Below are positions 27,369-35,772 of a stretch of 64,000 nucleotides of DNA, piece after piece. Positions within the stretch are counted from its first letter, which is position 1. Each line of letters begins with the position of its first letter. Made by a program: the position numbers and the translations under genes. Source of the DNA: a virus; the IMG/VR virus record IMGVR_UViG_3300037466_003065, positions 120,788 through 184,787 of that record. The stretch is one strand, 5' to 3'. Below the pieces are notes generated by a model. The model searched no databases. It saw nothing but the letters and a program-made list of their open reading frames with translations, and had not been told where the DNA came from.

Positions 27369-27707
27369 TTAGGTCGGGGTCAGCCCCAACGCCTGCAGCC
27401 ACTCCAGCTTGAGCTCGTAGAACAAGCCGTCGATTGATCGATGCTTCGCCCTCGCAAAGCTGTGCAGCACCGTGAACCCGTGCTGTGCGGCGAGCTTGGC
27501 GTGGTAGTCCATTCGCACATCCACCGGCTGGTTATCCTCGGGGCCGAATAGGGCGTCGAGGCCGTGGTAGTAATGTGCGAACACGTGGGCCAGGATACAC
27601 CCACATGGCCTGCGCATCTCGAGCCGGTCGGGCACGATGCTTTGACGCCATCCGGGCTTCTTTTGGTCGAGCAGGGCCATGCCTGCCTTGATCTGATCCT
27701 CGAACAC
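27369..27707 (-). CDS. conserved phage protein, paralog of 28228-28542
   Basis: GMALLD..PGWR...LEM...CIL..V..HY..GL..LFGPE...AAQHGFTV. Confidence 0.75.
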   Translation of the reverse strand: MFEDQIKAGMALLDQKKPGWRQSIVPDRLEMRRPCGCILAHVFAHYYHGLDALFGPEDNQPVDVRMDYHAKLAAQHGFTVLHSFARAKHRSIDGLFYELKLEWLQALGLTPT

Positions 27708-27719
27708 GATGCCTCCGGG

Positions 27720-27995
27720 TTAGATCTCGATGTCGCGGTACGTGACGATCCGCTCCTTGAGCAGCAGCCCCCCGAGCGAAAACGTGGTGCTGCACGCCTC
27801 GCGGGCCGCTCGGTCATCCTCGGCCCTGAACTCGAACACGGGGTCGAGCTGGTCGGGGGCCAGCAGTACGTACGTCTTCCAGCTCCTGACCTCCTGGCTC
27901 AGGGCGAACCAGCCGTCCGGGCCCATGGCGTCGCTGAGGCCGTACCACCGCTTCTTGCGGATCTCTTCGACTTTGTTGCGGGTGTCGCTGTTCAC
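27720..27995 (-). CDS. hypothetical protein
   Basis: GTG after CGAAAGGAATGCATC. Confidence 0.65.
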   Translation of the reverse strand: MNSDTRNKVEEIRKKRWYGLSDAMGPDGWFALSQEVRSWKTYVLLAPDQLDPVFEFRAEDDRAAREACSTTFSLGGLLLKERIVTYRDIEI

Positions 27996-28231
27996 GATGC
28001 ATTCCTTTCGGGTTGTCCCACGTCCCAACCCGTCGCGGTGCGGGTGAAGACATAGGTGAACGTGCCGTCCACGTCGTACTGGGCCAGCTTAACCTTCTGG
28101 CTGTCCAGCCGGTTCAGGCTCAGGGTGGCGCCGAGCTGCTGATACGCCTCGTCGATGTCGCGGGCGGGGGTCAGGTTCGACGCCACGACCCTCGTGCGGT
28201 CGTTCATGACGACGGTGAAAACTGCATTCAC
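27992..28231 (-). CDS. hypothetical protein
   Basis: GTG after AAGGAGGCAC. Confidence 0.65.
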   Translation of the reverse strand: MNAVFTVVMNDRTRVVASNLTPARDIDEAYQQLGATLSLNRLDSQKVKLAQYDVDGTFTYVFTRTATGWDVGQPERNAS

Positions 28232-28542
28232 GGTGCCTCCTTGGCCAACTGCCGTCGCCACTCCTCCTCGAGCCACGCGAACTGCGTCTCCATGCTGGCG
28301 ATCCGATCGAACGTCACCGTGAACCCGTGCTGCTTGGCGATCAGGGTGTGGCCCTCAAACGTTTTGGGCTCGGGGCCGAACAGCACCTCCAGCCCACCCA
28401 AGTAGGTGCCGTACAACTGGCCCAGGACGCAGCACAGGCCGTTGCTCATGTTGAGGCGCTCGAGGTAGACCTTCTCGCGCCAGTTCGCGGGGCCCTTCGA
28501 ATTGAGCAGGGCCATTCCGTTCTTCACGTAGGACTCGATCAT
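28228..28542 (-). CDS. conserved phage protein, paralog of 27369-27707
   Basis: GMALLN...NWR...LNM...CVLGQLYG.Y..GL..LFGPE...AKQHGFTV. Confidence 0.75.
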   Translation of the reverse strand: MIESYVKNGMALLNSKGPANWREKVYLERLNMSNGLCCVLGQLYGTYLGGLEVLFGPEPKTFEGHTLIAKQHGFTVTFDRIASMETQFAWLEEEWRRQLAKEAP

Positions 28543-28558
28543 GATGTCTCCTTTCGAT

Positions 28559-28768
28559 TCAGCGGCTGCTACGCCGCACACTGACCACGTCGTAGCGAAT
28601 GGCCATGTTGGGCACCGGCTCGAACCCACAGGTCTCGGCGGGGGCGACGATCGCCTCTTGGCCAGTCCCACACAGCTTGACCCGAAGGTTACCACCCACG
28701 GGCCCGATCAACTCGGCACGCTGGTCGCAGGGCATTCCTACGGCCTCGGCCTTGACCCAGATGACCAC
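28559..28768 (-). CDS. hypothetical protein
   Basis: AAGGAG RBS. Confidence 0.55.
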   Translation of the reverse strand: MVIWVKAEAVGMPCDQRAELIGPVGGNLRVKLCGTGQEAIVAPAETCGFEPVPNMAIRYDVVSVRRSSR

Positions 28769-28771
28769 GGC

Positions 28772-29044
28772 CTACTCCTTGGTGTACATGACGCAGATCT
28801 GGATGCCCGGCAGGACTTGGAAGTCCGAGGCCACGGTCTTGCCCTCGAGCAGGGTCTGCTGGATTTGCGGCGCGGGGGCCCGGTACGTGTCGAGGCGATC
28901 CATGCCCAAGGTGAGCGGGCGGCCGATGGTTCTGGTCTCCAACAGCTCGCGAATCGCCTCCTGCAAGGGCAAATGCCACTCCTCGGTATGGATCGTGGCA
29001 CCCGACCCCTTCTCCTCGATCTTCAGCGTCTTTCGGATCTTCAC
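28772..29044 (-). CDS. hypothetical protein
   Basis: CGAAAGGAGCATC leader. Confidence 0.65.
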   Translation of the reverse strand: MKIRKTLKIEEKGSGATIHTEEWHLPLQEAIRELLETRTIGRPLTLGMDRLDTYRAPAPQIQQTLLEGKTVASDFQVLPGIQICVMYTKE

Positions 29045-29061
29045 GGTGATGCTCCTTTCGA

Positions 29062-29364
29062 TTATGCCCCCGCGGCAGTGTTGAGGATCTTCTCGAAGAC
29101 GTGACGCAGGTGTGCGGGGGCTCCGAGCATGACCTTCGCGGCCTCCTCATGCTCGCCAACGCACAGGTCTTCGAGCTCTTGTTTGCCGAGCGTGGCTAGC
29201 CACCCGTCCAAGGATAAGGCAACGTCGAACGACATGTCGCCCAGATCGATGCGCAGGCGATCCAGTTCTTTCTTTTCGGTGGTGAGGCGGTTGATGGCCC
29301 CTTGGTCGCACATGATCAGCAGCACGGCCTTGGCCAGGCTGGGGAGGCGTTTGAACTCGATCAC
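29062..29364 (-). CDS. hypothetical protein
   Basis: CGAAAGGAG RBS. Confidence 0.65.
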   Translation of the reverse strand: MIEFKRLPSLAKAVLLIMCDQGAINRLTTEKKELDRLRIDLGDMSFDVALSLDGWLATLGKQELEDLCVGEHEEAAKVMLGAPAHLRHVFEKILNTAAGA

Positions 29365-29382
29365 CGATTCATCTCCTTTCGT

Positions 29383-29691
29383 TTACTTGACGACGTTGGT
29401 GGATATGAACCCGCGGGTGCCCAGGATGCGGTTGGCGTACATCAGGTTGTTGTGGTCGCCCTTGCGGATCGCCTCGTCGGCCTTGGCGGCCCACTCGAGG
29501 TAGAGCAGGGACATCGCTACGTTGCCCTCCCGCTCGAGTGATTCGGCGTACGCCAGCATGCCCGCGGCCGCGTTGGTGAGGTTGGCGTACAGGCGGGTGT
29601 GTGGGGCGTGCTCGTGCAGCGGCCGGGGCCGGGCCTGCTGTTCCATGGCTTCTCGCAATGATCCTCGCAGGTGGTATGGAAGCTCAGCCAC
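29383..29691 (-). CDS. hypothetical protein
   Basis: CGAAAGGAGG RBS. Confidence 0.6.
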   Translation of the reverse strand: MAELPYHLRGSLREAMEQQARPRPLHEHAPHTRLYANLTNAAAGMLAYAESLEREGNVAMSLLYLEWAAKADEAIRKGDHNNLMYANRILGTRGFISTNVVK

Positions 29692-29974
29692 GTTGGGCCT
29701 CCTTTCGAATCAACAACCACGGTGCGTTCACGCTCGTCCAGATCCTCACGATGATCTGGCCGCCCGTGTGCATCATGATGGACTTCTCGTGCTCGGTCTC
29801 CTCGAGCACGGACTCGTAGCCTGGCCGGGGCACGCGGGGCAGGCCGTGGGCCTTGGCGATCTTGCCCGCCCGCTGTGGCAACTCCATCAGGGCGCCGCCG
29901 GTGGTGATGTAATTGAACGCCTTCTCCAGCTCGGCCGGGGACAGCATGGCTTCGACCTTGAGCGGTGTACGCAT
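29684..29974 (-). CDS. hypothetical protein
   Basis: CGAAAGGAG RBS. Confidence 0.65.
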   Translation of the reverse strand: MRTPLKVEAMLSPAELEKAFNYITTGGALMELPQRAGKIAKAHGLPRVPRPGYESVLEETEHEKSIMMHTGGQIIVRIWTSVNAPWLLIRKEAQRG

Positions 29975-30037
29975 AGGTCTCCTTTCGATTGTGCTTGCGC
30001 GGGGGCCCGCGGAGCGTTCCCCACCTCAGACAGGACA

Positions 30038-30361
30038 TCACTCCTCCTCAATGGGAGCCAGCACCATAGTAATCCTGGCCCACCTCCCGTAACGCTCCCT
30101 CATCTGCTGGGCGATGCTCTCCAACTCGCCGAGGTCTCTGATCTCTTTGTCCTCGGTGTGGACTTCGCGGTCGTCGGATAAGGCGGGGATGACGACGGTG
30201 ACGGTGAGCTTCTGCATGGGGCTCTCCTTGCTGGCATGATCGAGCAGGTAAGTGATCAGGTCGGCGTTGGAGTCGAGGTGGTGCTTGGTACGGATGGCCT
30301 CGACCCGATCCCGGATCGCGTTGCCTGGGTCGCTGATCTCGATGGTGTAGCGGTTCAGCAT
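30038..30361 (-). CDS. putative ribbon-helix-helix DNA-binding protein
   Basis: RYTIEI strand + NAIRDRVEAIRTKH helix + SNADLITYLLDHA helix. Confidence 0.55.
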   Translation of the reverse strand: MLNRYTIEISDPGNAIRDRVEAIRTKHHLDSNADLITYLLDHASKESPMQKLTVTVVIPALSDDREVHTEDKEIRDLGELESIAQQMRERYGRWARITMVLAPIEEE

Positions 30362-30363
30362 AA

Positions 30364-30414
30364 CTGTACTCGTAACAGTAATATCTCAGACCGACTGTAC
30401 TGGTAATCTGTACT
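30364..30414. repeat. three CTGTACT heptamer direct repeats (candidate operator)
   Basis: 30364-30370, 30395-30401 and 30408-30414, directly upstream of the RHH gene; a fourth at 30812-30818. Confidence 0.55.
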
Positions 30415-30693
30415 GGTTTGTCGTAACTCCTTTGGTGATATGGACTTGTGTAGGATGCCCCGGTACATCGCCTGTGCTGTAACCCCTTGTGGTTCCTCCA
30501 GTTATGAGTGGTGTGTGCAAGTCGTGGTGGTGGCGGTGGTTACGTGAGGTTGCGAAGAGTTGTGATCGTTGGTTGACATGGACTTAGGTACAGATGGGTG
30601 TGGCCGGGGCATACAGGGCACGCTACCCCACCAATACCCGAACCCGCCACCTGACCCCGCGTCGGCATCCCATGCTACCATACCGCTACGCAC

Positions 30694-31061
30694 TGTCCCA
30701 ATTCTGCGACATGATCCTCTGCACATTACTGCTGGACGTGTCCCAATTCTGCGACAGCAACCGTGGCATGGTTACCAACTGTGCTGTCCCAATTCTGCGA
30801 CACCTACCAAACTGTACTGTCGCAGTTCTGCGACACCTACCACGGTGCGTGCACGCGGGCACTGTCCCAATTCTGCGACACTCATCACGACGTGTGTGCA
30901 AAGGTGGTGTCGCAAAACTGGGACACTGTCCCCGCACTATTACATGAGGGGGTGTCCCAATTCTGCGACAGTGAACCACACACCGTTACACATCATGGTG
31001 TCCCAATTCTGCGACAGTGTTCATCATGTGATTACGCAGCAGGTGTCCCAATTCTGCGACA
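30694..31061. repeat. array of nine 18-bp pseudo-palindromic repeats (TGTCCCAATTCTGCGACA) with unique spacers
   Basis: Copies start at 30694, 30739, 30785, 30818 (variant), 30863, 30908 (inverted variant), 30953, 30999 and 31044; period 45-46 bp except one of 33. Confidence 0.95.
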
Positions 31062-31353
31062 CGTAATCCCTACCCCATTAGTCCGGCAGTGTGAACCGGT
31101 GGGCGTGCTTCATGCTGTGCCACCACACCGGTCGGCTCTTGTTGGTGCGGAGGATGAGGATCGTGATGTTGAGGCTCTGGCCCCCGCCGTCCTCCATCGC
31201 GACGCCCTGGATCAGCACCTCCTCGTTCAGATCCAGTCGGAGTAGAGCAGGCGAGTACGCCACCGCATCGCGTTGCACAGATCCATGAAGTCTGCGTTCT
31301 GCATGAGATGCTCCTCGAAGTGAAAGTGTGTTGCCCCCGCCGGCCTGTTTCGA

Positions 31354-31572
31354 TTAGGGCTTGACCTTGAACGTCTGCACCGCCACCCAGTCCCCGCCGG
31401 CCTCCTCCACCCAGTGCAGCGTGCCTTCCTTACGCTTCCAGGTGCCGGCCCGGCTCTCGCTGGCCATGAACTGCTCGGCCGCCGTCCGGGCGCCCTTCAG
31501 GGACGCGTGAACGCTGACCGGGCTCCCGCCCCCGCCCAGCTCGCCGCTGACCACGATATGCACGCTCGTCAT
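31354..31572 (-). CDS. hypothetical protein
   Basis: CGAAAGGAGCATC leader. Confidence 0.7.
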   Translation of the reverse strand: MTSVHIVVSGELGGGGSPVSVHASLKGARTAAEQFMASESRAGTWKRKEGTLHWVEEAGGDWVAVQTFKVKP

Positions 31573-31664
31573 CTGATGCTCCTTTCGGATAGAGGGTCTG
31601 TACAGGGAGGCGCCCAGGGCCGTTCACCCAGGTGCTCCCCAGTGCGGGCCCTCCGGCCTGCACG

Positions 31665-32219
31665 TTATGCCGCCTCGTACTGCCCCCGGTTCATGTGGTA
31701 GCGGAACATCTGTTTGTCGTGGCGACGGATGCGACGCACCTTACGCTGCTCGGCGCGGCGGGCCGCCTTCTTGCCGTCGATGTTCCAGCCCCCGCCGATG
31801 AACTCGGACGAGATCTTGCGACGCAGCTCGAAGTCCCGCGGGGCCGTGTTGCTGCGGTAGGTCACCGAGGTCACGATCTCCTCGTCGCCGCTGTCCATCT
31901 CGTGCACCTGGTCGTCGTACTGCTTCTGGTCGATGCCGCCGGGGTACGAGAAGCCGGTGATCATCTCGGCCTCCCGGACGTAGAAGCCCGACCGGATCGC
32001 CCAGCAGAACACGACGGCGTAGCTGCCCCCGCGGTCGTCGATCTCGATGGGCGCCTTGGGCTCGTCCTCCAGGCCCCACGTGCAGTGCCGCTGCCCCACC
32101 TCGCGGAGGTACATGAGCTTCAACTGCTGCTCGGCGTAGGCGATGGCCTGCTCCTTGGACACCGCGATCTTGACGCCGCCGCAGACCTCGTACCCGTCGT
32201 ACATTTGCACGCTGAACAT
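31665..32219 (-). CDS. hypothetical protein
   Basis: MFSVQMYDGY... after AAGGAG. Confidence 0.7.
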   Translation of the reverse strand: MFSVQMYDGYEVCGGVKIAVSKEQAIAYAEQQLKLMYLREVGQRHCTWGLEDEPKAPIEIDDRGGSYAVVFCWAIRSGFYVREAEMITGFSYPGGIDQKQYDDQVHEMDSGDEEIVTSVTYRSNTAPRDFELRRKISSEFIGGGWNIDGKKAARRAEQRKVRRIRRHDKQMFRYHMNRGQYEAA

Positions 32220-32229
32220 TGGCAGACTC

Positions 32230-32272
32230 CTTGTAGCAGGAACTTGTATCAGGACTTGTACACGAACTTGTA
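32230..32272. repeat. four CTTGTA direct repeats at 12-13 bp spacing
   Basis: 32230, 32243, 32255 and 32267, in an intergenic gap. Confidence 0.6.
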
Positions 32273-32305
32273 CAGATTCCCCCGACCCCTTCATGAGATG
32301 GGATG

Positions 32306-32608
32306 CTACGCCGCGAAGACGAGGCAGCCGCTGTGGGGCTGGGTCTCGACCCGCCGGCCGTAGCAGGTGAGGTAGTCGTAGACGCTGCGGTGGGTGATGT
32401 GGGGCTCCTTGCACATGCCGACCAGCCCCGGCACGTTCCACACCGACAGCTCGAACTCGTGGAACTCGGAGCTGGGCCGATGGTAGGCCACGACGATGCA
32501 GGTGGTGGCCCACTTGCCCAGGTCGCAGAACGTGGCGTGCTGGTGGGCTTGGACGTGCTGCTCTTCTTCGACGCTCATGACTGAGCGGAGTAGGGACGTG
32601 TGACGCAT
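32306..32608 (-). CDS. hypothetical protein
   Basis: AAGGAGCATC leader. Confidence 0.65.
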   Translation of the reverse strand: MRHTSLLRSVMSVEEEQHVQAHQHATFCDLGKWATTCIVVAYHRPSSEFHEFELSVWNVPGLVGMCKEPHITHRSVYDYLTCYGRRVETQPHSGCLVFAA

Positions 32609-32632
32609 GTGATGCTCCTTGAAGAGGAGGGT

Positions 32633-33154
32633 TTACCTGACGGGCTTGACGACGCGGCTGTTGTGCTGTTCGAACTCCCGAACCTTGTAGGCCGAGTTGG
32701 GGTAGAGCCGCAGGAAGTTGCGACGCTTGGCCTCGTAGCTTTCCTCGACGTTCACGCCCACCCTGTTCTGGAGGATCAGGATGTGGATGCGGTTCAGCTC
32801 ACGGAGCTTCATCGCCTCGTGCTGGAAGTCTCTGGCCCGCCCCTTGGCGATCGGTTTGTAGAAGCAGGGATTCTGCTTCGGAGGCTTGGGGCTGCGAGGG
32901 CCCTTGCAGCCCGGCGTCCGCGGCCCGTGGTGCCACGGCGTGGCCTTCAACATCCGCGGCGTGATGCTGACGGTGGACTTGATGCCCAGGCCCACCGGCC
33001 CGCCGGCCATGTGGGGCTTGAGCACGCCGATGTACTCGACCCGGCGCCGGGCACTGGCCTGGGACATGCTCAGGCCGTGCACCTTCGGAGACGGGACGGG
33101 GAGCACGCGGCACTTCGGGTGGGGCGTGCGGGAGTCGTACACTTTCTCTTTCAT
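32633..33154 (-). CDS. basic hypothetical protein
   Basis: Lys/Arg/Pro-rich ORF in co-oriented run. Confidence 0.55.
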   Translation of the reverse strand: MKEKVYDSRTPHPKCRVLPVPSPKVHGLSMSQASARRRVEYIGVLKPHMAGGPVGLGIKSTVSITPRMLKATPWHHGPRTPGCKGPRSPKPPKQNPCFYKPIAKGRARDFQHEAMKLRELNRIHILILQNRVGVNVEESYEAKRRNFLRLYPNSAYKVREFEQHNSRVVKPVR

Positions 33155-33158
33155 GGCA

Positions 33159-33560
33159 TCACCCAATGCGGTTGAACCGGAACTCGAAGCCGAGGAAGTT
33201 GTCGCGGAGCACGCTGATGCGGGCCTTCGCCTCGTCGAGGGTGTAGCCGGCTTCGACCATCGTCCAGGTGCCGGCGCCGGGGCAGCACTCGGGGATCTGC
33301 TGTTCGATCTTGTAGCGGATCGGCTCGTGCTTCAGCTCCTCCCGCTTGATCTGTTCGGCGAGCTGGGCGCAGTCCCTGCTGCTGAACCCGGCGATCAGGC
33401 AGCAGCCGTGCAGCCGCCGCATCTGCTCGATGGTGCGGCAGGGGACGTACAGCACCTCGTCGACGAGCGTCCAGGTCAGCTCGTTGCGCTCGAGGTGTTC
33501 CGACAGACGACAGGTCTCCTCCTCACCGAGCTTGGAGATGTCGATCGTGAACGTGGTCAT
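33159..33560 (-). CDS. hypothetical protein
   Basis: AGGAGG RBS. Confidence 0.75.
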   Translation of the reverse strand: MTTFTIDISKLGEEETCRLSEHLERNELTWTLVDEVLYVPCRTIEQMRRLHGCCLIAGFSSRDCAQLAEQIKREELKHEPIRYKIEQQIPECCPGAGTWTMVEAGYTLDEAKARISVLRDNFLGFEFRFNRIG

Positions 33561-33582
33561 AAGACCTCCTGTGTTGGAGACG

Positions 33583-33613
33583 AAAGAAGCCGGCGGGTTT
33601 GCGGCCCGCCGGC
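33583..33613 (-). terminator. intrinsic terminator at 3' end of the large structured RNA
   Basis: 9-bp stem GCCGGCGGG/CCCGCCGGC, then TTCTTT. Confidence 0.65.
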
Positions 33614-34907
33614 CCCGGTGTACACGATGCTGTCCCGTAGGTCGCTCCAGTTCCCTGTTGCCAGGAGGATTGCGTTATCACCTCATCGTGTCGCTCCCCG
33701 GGCATTGCCGGGGCTGTTGCCTCAGACCCTCCGCGGTCTCCAGTGCGGAGGTGGTCTGTGTCGTCCTACCGTCTCACCCATTGGGCAACGAGAGCTGGGG
33801 GCAGGATCGTGGACAATGCCACGTCCAACCCAGCCCGCCCCTGCTCCACGGTGTGTTGTGGGCCTGGGCATCTCTGGGAGTACGGCGAAGCGAGCCACCA
33901 CTGCACGCCGGTCGGCGTTCTCGACGGGATCTGTGCCTCTGCTACGATCGATCAGTCACGCCCCCATGCGATGGGTCTTTAGCCCTTGCGGCTGGGCATC
34001 GGTCACGATCGTGGCAGGCAAACAGCACGCCCGTCACCCACGCGGCTTGCTAGGCCGAACGGGCGAACGGAGACGACTGCATGCAGCTCATGCTCGCTTC
34101 TGTGCTTTCGCTAGTGCGGCTTTACGCCCGCGTTGCTCCCTTCGGACTCCGCGATACCTTCCGCTGTCGTCCCAGCTCGGGGCTGGTTCTGCGACAGACC
34201 ACGATCCTTCAACGTGCTCGCCTAGCGGGGCCAGGGGCCTGGCCACAAGCCAGACCGCCGCAAGTGGCGTTCCTGCTTTAAATCACGCATCGGCACAAGA
34301 CCGAAGGTAGGGAACGCCCCAAGGCATCAACTCACACTGGGGATCGTGGTCAACGGTACGTCACGCGGCGTCCTCTGGACGCGTCAGAACCGCGGGCGTC
34401 GTCACGACGTGCCGCGGGCCGTTTCAAACCACACTACTACTCACCAAGGTATTCAGAGTCATGTCCCATTCGGGCAGTCCCAACCACACAGTCGGAACAT
34501 CCGTTTGGGGCTCGTTTATCACCTTGCCCTTTTGCACCGCGTTACCGGTGCGTTTTAAGGTCGTTTCTTGAGGGTAACGACCCTGAGCAACTTTACACCA
34601 CCGGAACTATCCCGCATCCACCGGCCATGAACCCCCGAAGGGGCGGATGGGCGGCTTCCGCTGATAGCCCGCTATGGGCCACCGACCCGGCTCGCCTTGC
34701 GAGCTTTGCGAGGTTGGCTTCCGCCATTCAAGAACCCACCTAGTGGGCGTGCTGTCCGATTCTCAGCACCCGCTGAACGTGGTTCCCGACGAATCGGGGC
34801 GACGTTGAGCAGTCGACCATTGGGGCCGACGCTTGCACCGCAGTCTCTACCGCGTGCAAGGCATCACCTTTGGCCAGTGGCTACCACCGGCCGCAGGGTT
34901 TGATTAG
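33614..34907 (-). ncRNA. candidate giant structured non-coding RNA (about 1.3 kb)
   Basis: No RBS-led, codon-biased ORF; many nested helices (e.g. 34197-34207/34341-34351, 34266-34273/34311-34318, 33934-33950/34006-34020); UUCG/GNRA loops and G-U pairs on the minus strand. Confidence 0.6.
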
Positions 34908-34943
34908 GACAAGCGAATAGGCACTGTGAGACCCCCGAGCTGG
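34908..34943. repeat. 36-bp inverted repeat, left arm
   Basis: GACAAGCGAATAGGCACTGTGAGACCCCCGAGCTGG; 32/36 identical to the reverse complement of 35737-35772. Confidence 0.9.
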
Positions 34944-34972
34944 ACACTACAAACGACCCCCTTCACTCACGA

Positions 34973-35671
34973 CTACTCCCGAACCACGACCCGGCAGAAC
35001 TGCGCGGCCGTTTCCGACCGGTTCAGCAGAACCTGCTCGAAGGCCAAGTCGACGGGCTTGGTTGCCCCGTCGATGGTCTTGACCGACCCGCCGGACAGCG
35101 CCCGCACCGCGTTCATCGCGGCCGGCACGCGGCCCCACGCCCGGTTGACCCACTCCTGCGCCTTCATGAAGTGCTTCGCCACCTCCTCTTTCTTTGCGGC
35201 GACCCACTTCTCCACCAGCGCCGCATCCTGCGGCTTGACCTCGACGGTGCCGATCTTGCCACCGTCCTTACGGGCGAGCGCCTCGGCGTCAATCGCCTTG
35301 AGGCGAGCGTCGCGGTGCGCCTCAAGTGCGGCCAAGACCTCCACGGTGGGGATCTTGGCGAGGAACCCTTGCGTCACGGTGCGAGCCTTCATGGGCTTGC
35401 CACCGTTGCGAGCCTTGCAGCACGCCTTCACGGCCGACCCGAGCATCGGGCCGGCGCCCGTCCCCTTGTCGAAGATCCCGAAGATCAGGGCATACGCCGC
35501 GGCGCTGGTGCGCTTGCGGAGTTCGCCCATGTCGGCCTTGCGGAGGTCTTGGAGGTTCTGGGCCGTCGCATCGAGAACGAGAACATCCTCGTGCGAGAAG
35601 CCCAGCGCCTCATCAATCGCCGCTGCCGCCTTCGAGACCGAACGAGAAGAAACTTTCGTGTCCTTAGCCAT
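34973..35671 (-). CDS. basic Ala/Lys-rich protein enclosed by the inverted repeat
   Basis: MAKDTKVSSR... after GGGAG RBS; clear phage codon bias. Confidence 0.85.
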   Translation of the reverse strand: MAKDTKVSSRSVSKAAAAIDEALGFSHEDVLVLDATAQNLQDLRKADMGELRKRTSAAAYALIFGIFDKGTGAGPMLGSAVKACCKARNGGKPMKARTVTQGFLAKIPTVEVLAALEAHRDARLKAIDAEALARKDGGKIGTVEVKPQDAALVEKWVAAKKEEVAKHFMKAQEWVNRAWGRVPAAMNAVRALSGGSVKTIDGATKPVDLAFEQVLLNRSETAAQFCRVVVRE

Positions 35672-35736
35672 TGTCAACTCCCGCCGGAACCTGTCCGGCA
35701 TGTTAGAGACCAACAAACAGAACGATAGAACCAGAA

Positions 35737-35772
35737 CCAGCTAAGGGGTCTCACAGTACCTATTCACTTGTC
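35737..35772. repeat. 36-bp inverted repeat, right arm
   Basis: CCAGCTAAGGGGTCTCACAGTACCTATTCACTTGTC. Confidence 0.9.

Noticed and set aside
30694-31061. Calling the array a CRISPR array or a TIGR array
   Set aside because: The repeat is only 18 bp, one copy is inverted, copies recur overlapping at 38.1 kb, and no cas or Nop-domain (Tas) gene is recognisable in the window. Kept as an unexplained repeat.
30569-31245. ORFs with repeated SQFCD / VPILR / CRRIGT peptides
   Set aside because: Translations of the DNA repeat; the 46-bp units break the frame; no RBS or codon bias.
34908-35772. Insertion sequence/MITE with terminal inverted repeats
   Set aside because: The enclosed protein has no DDE/HUH/serine-recombinase motif, no target-site duplication is evident, and the mismatch pattern favours RNA pairing.
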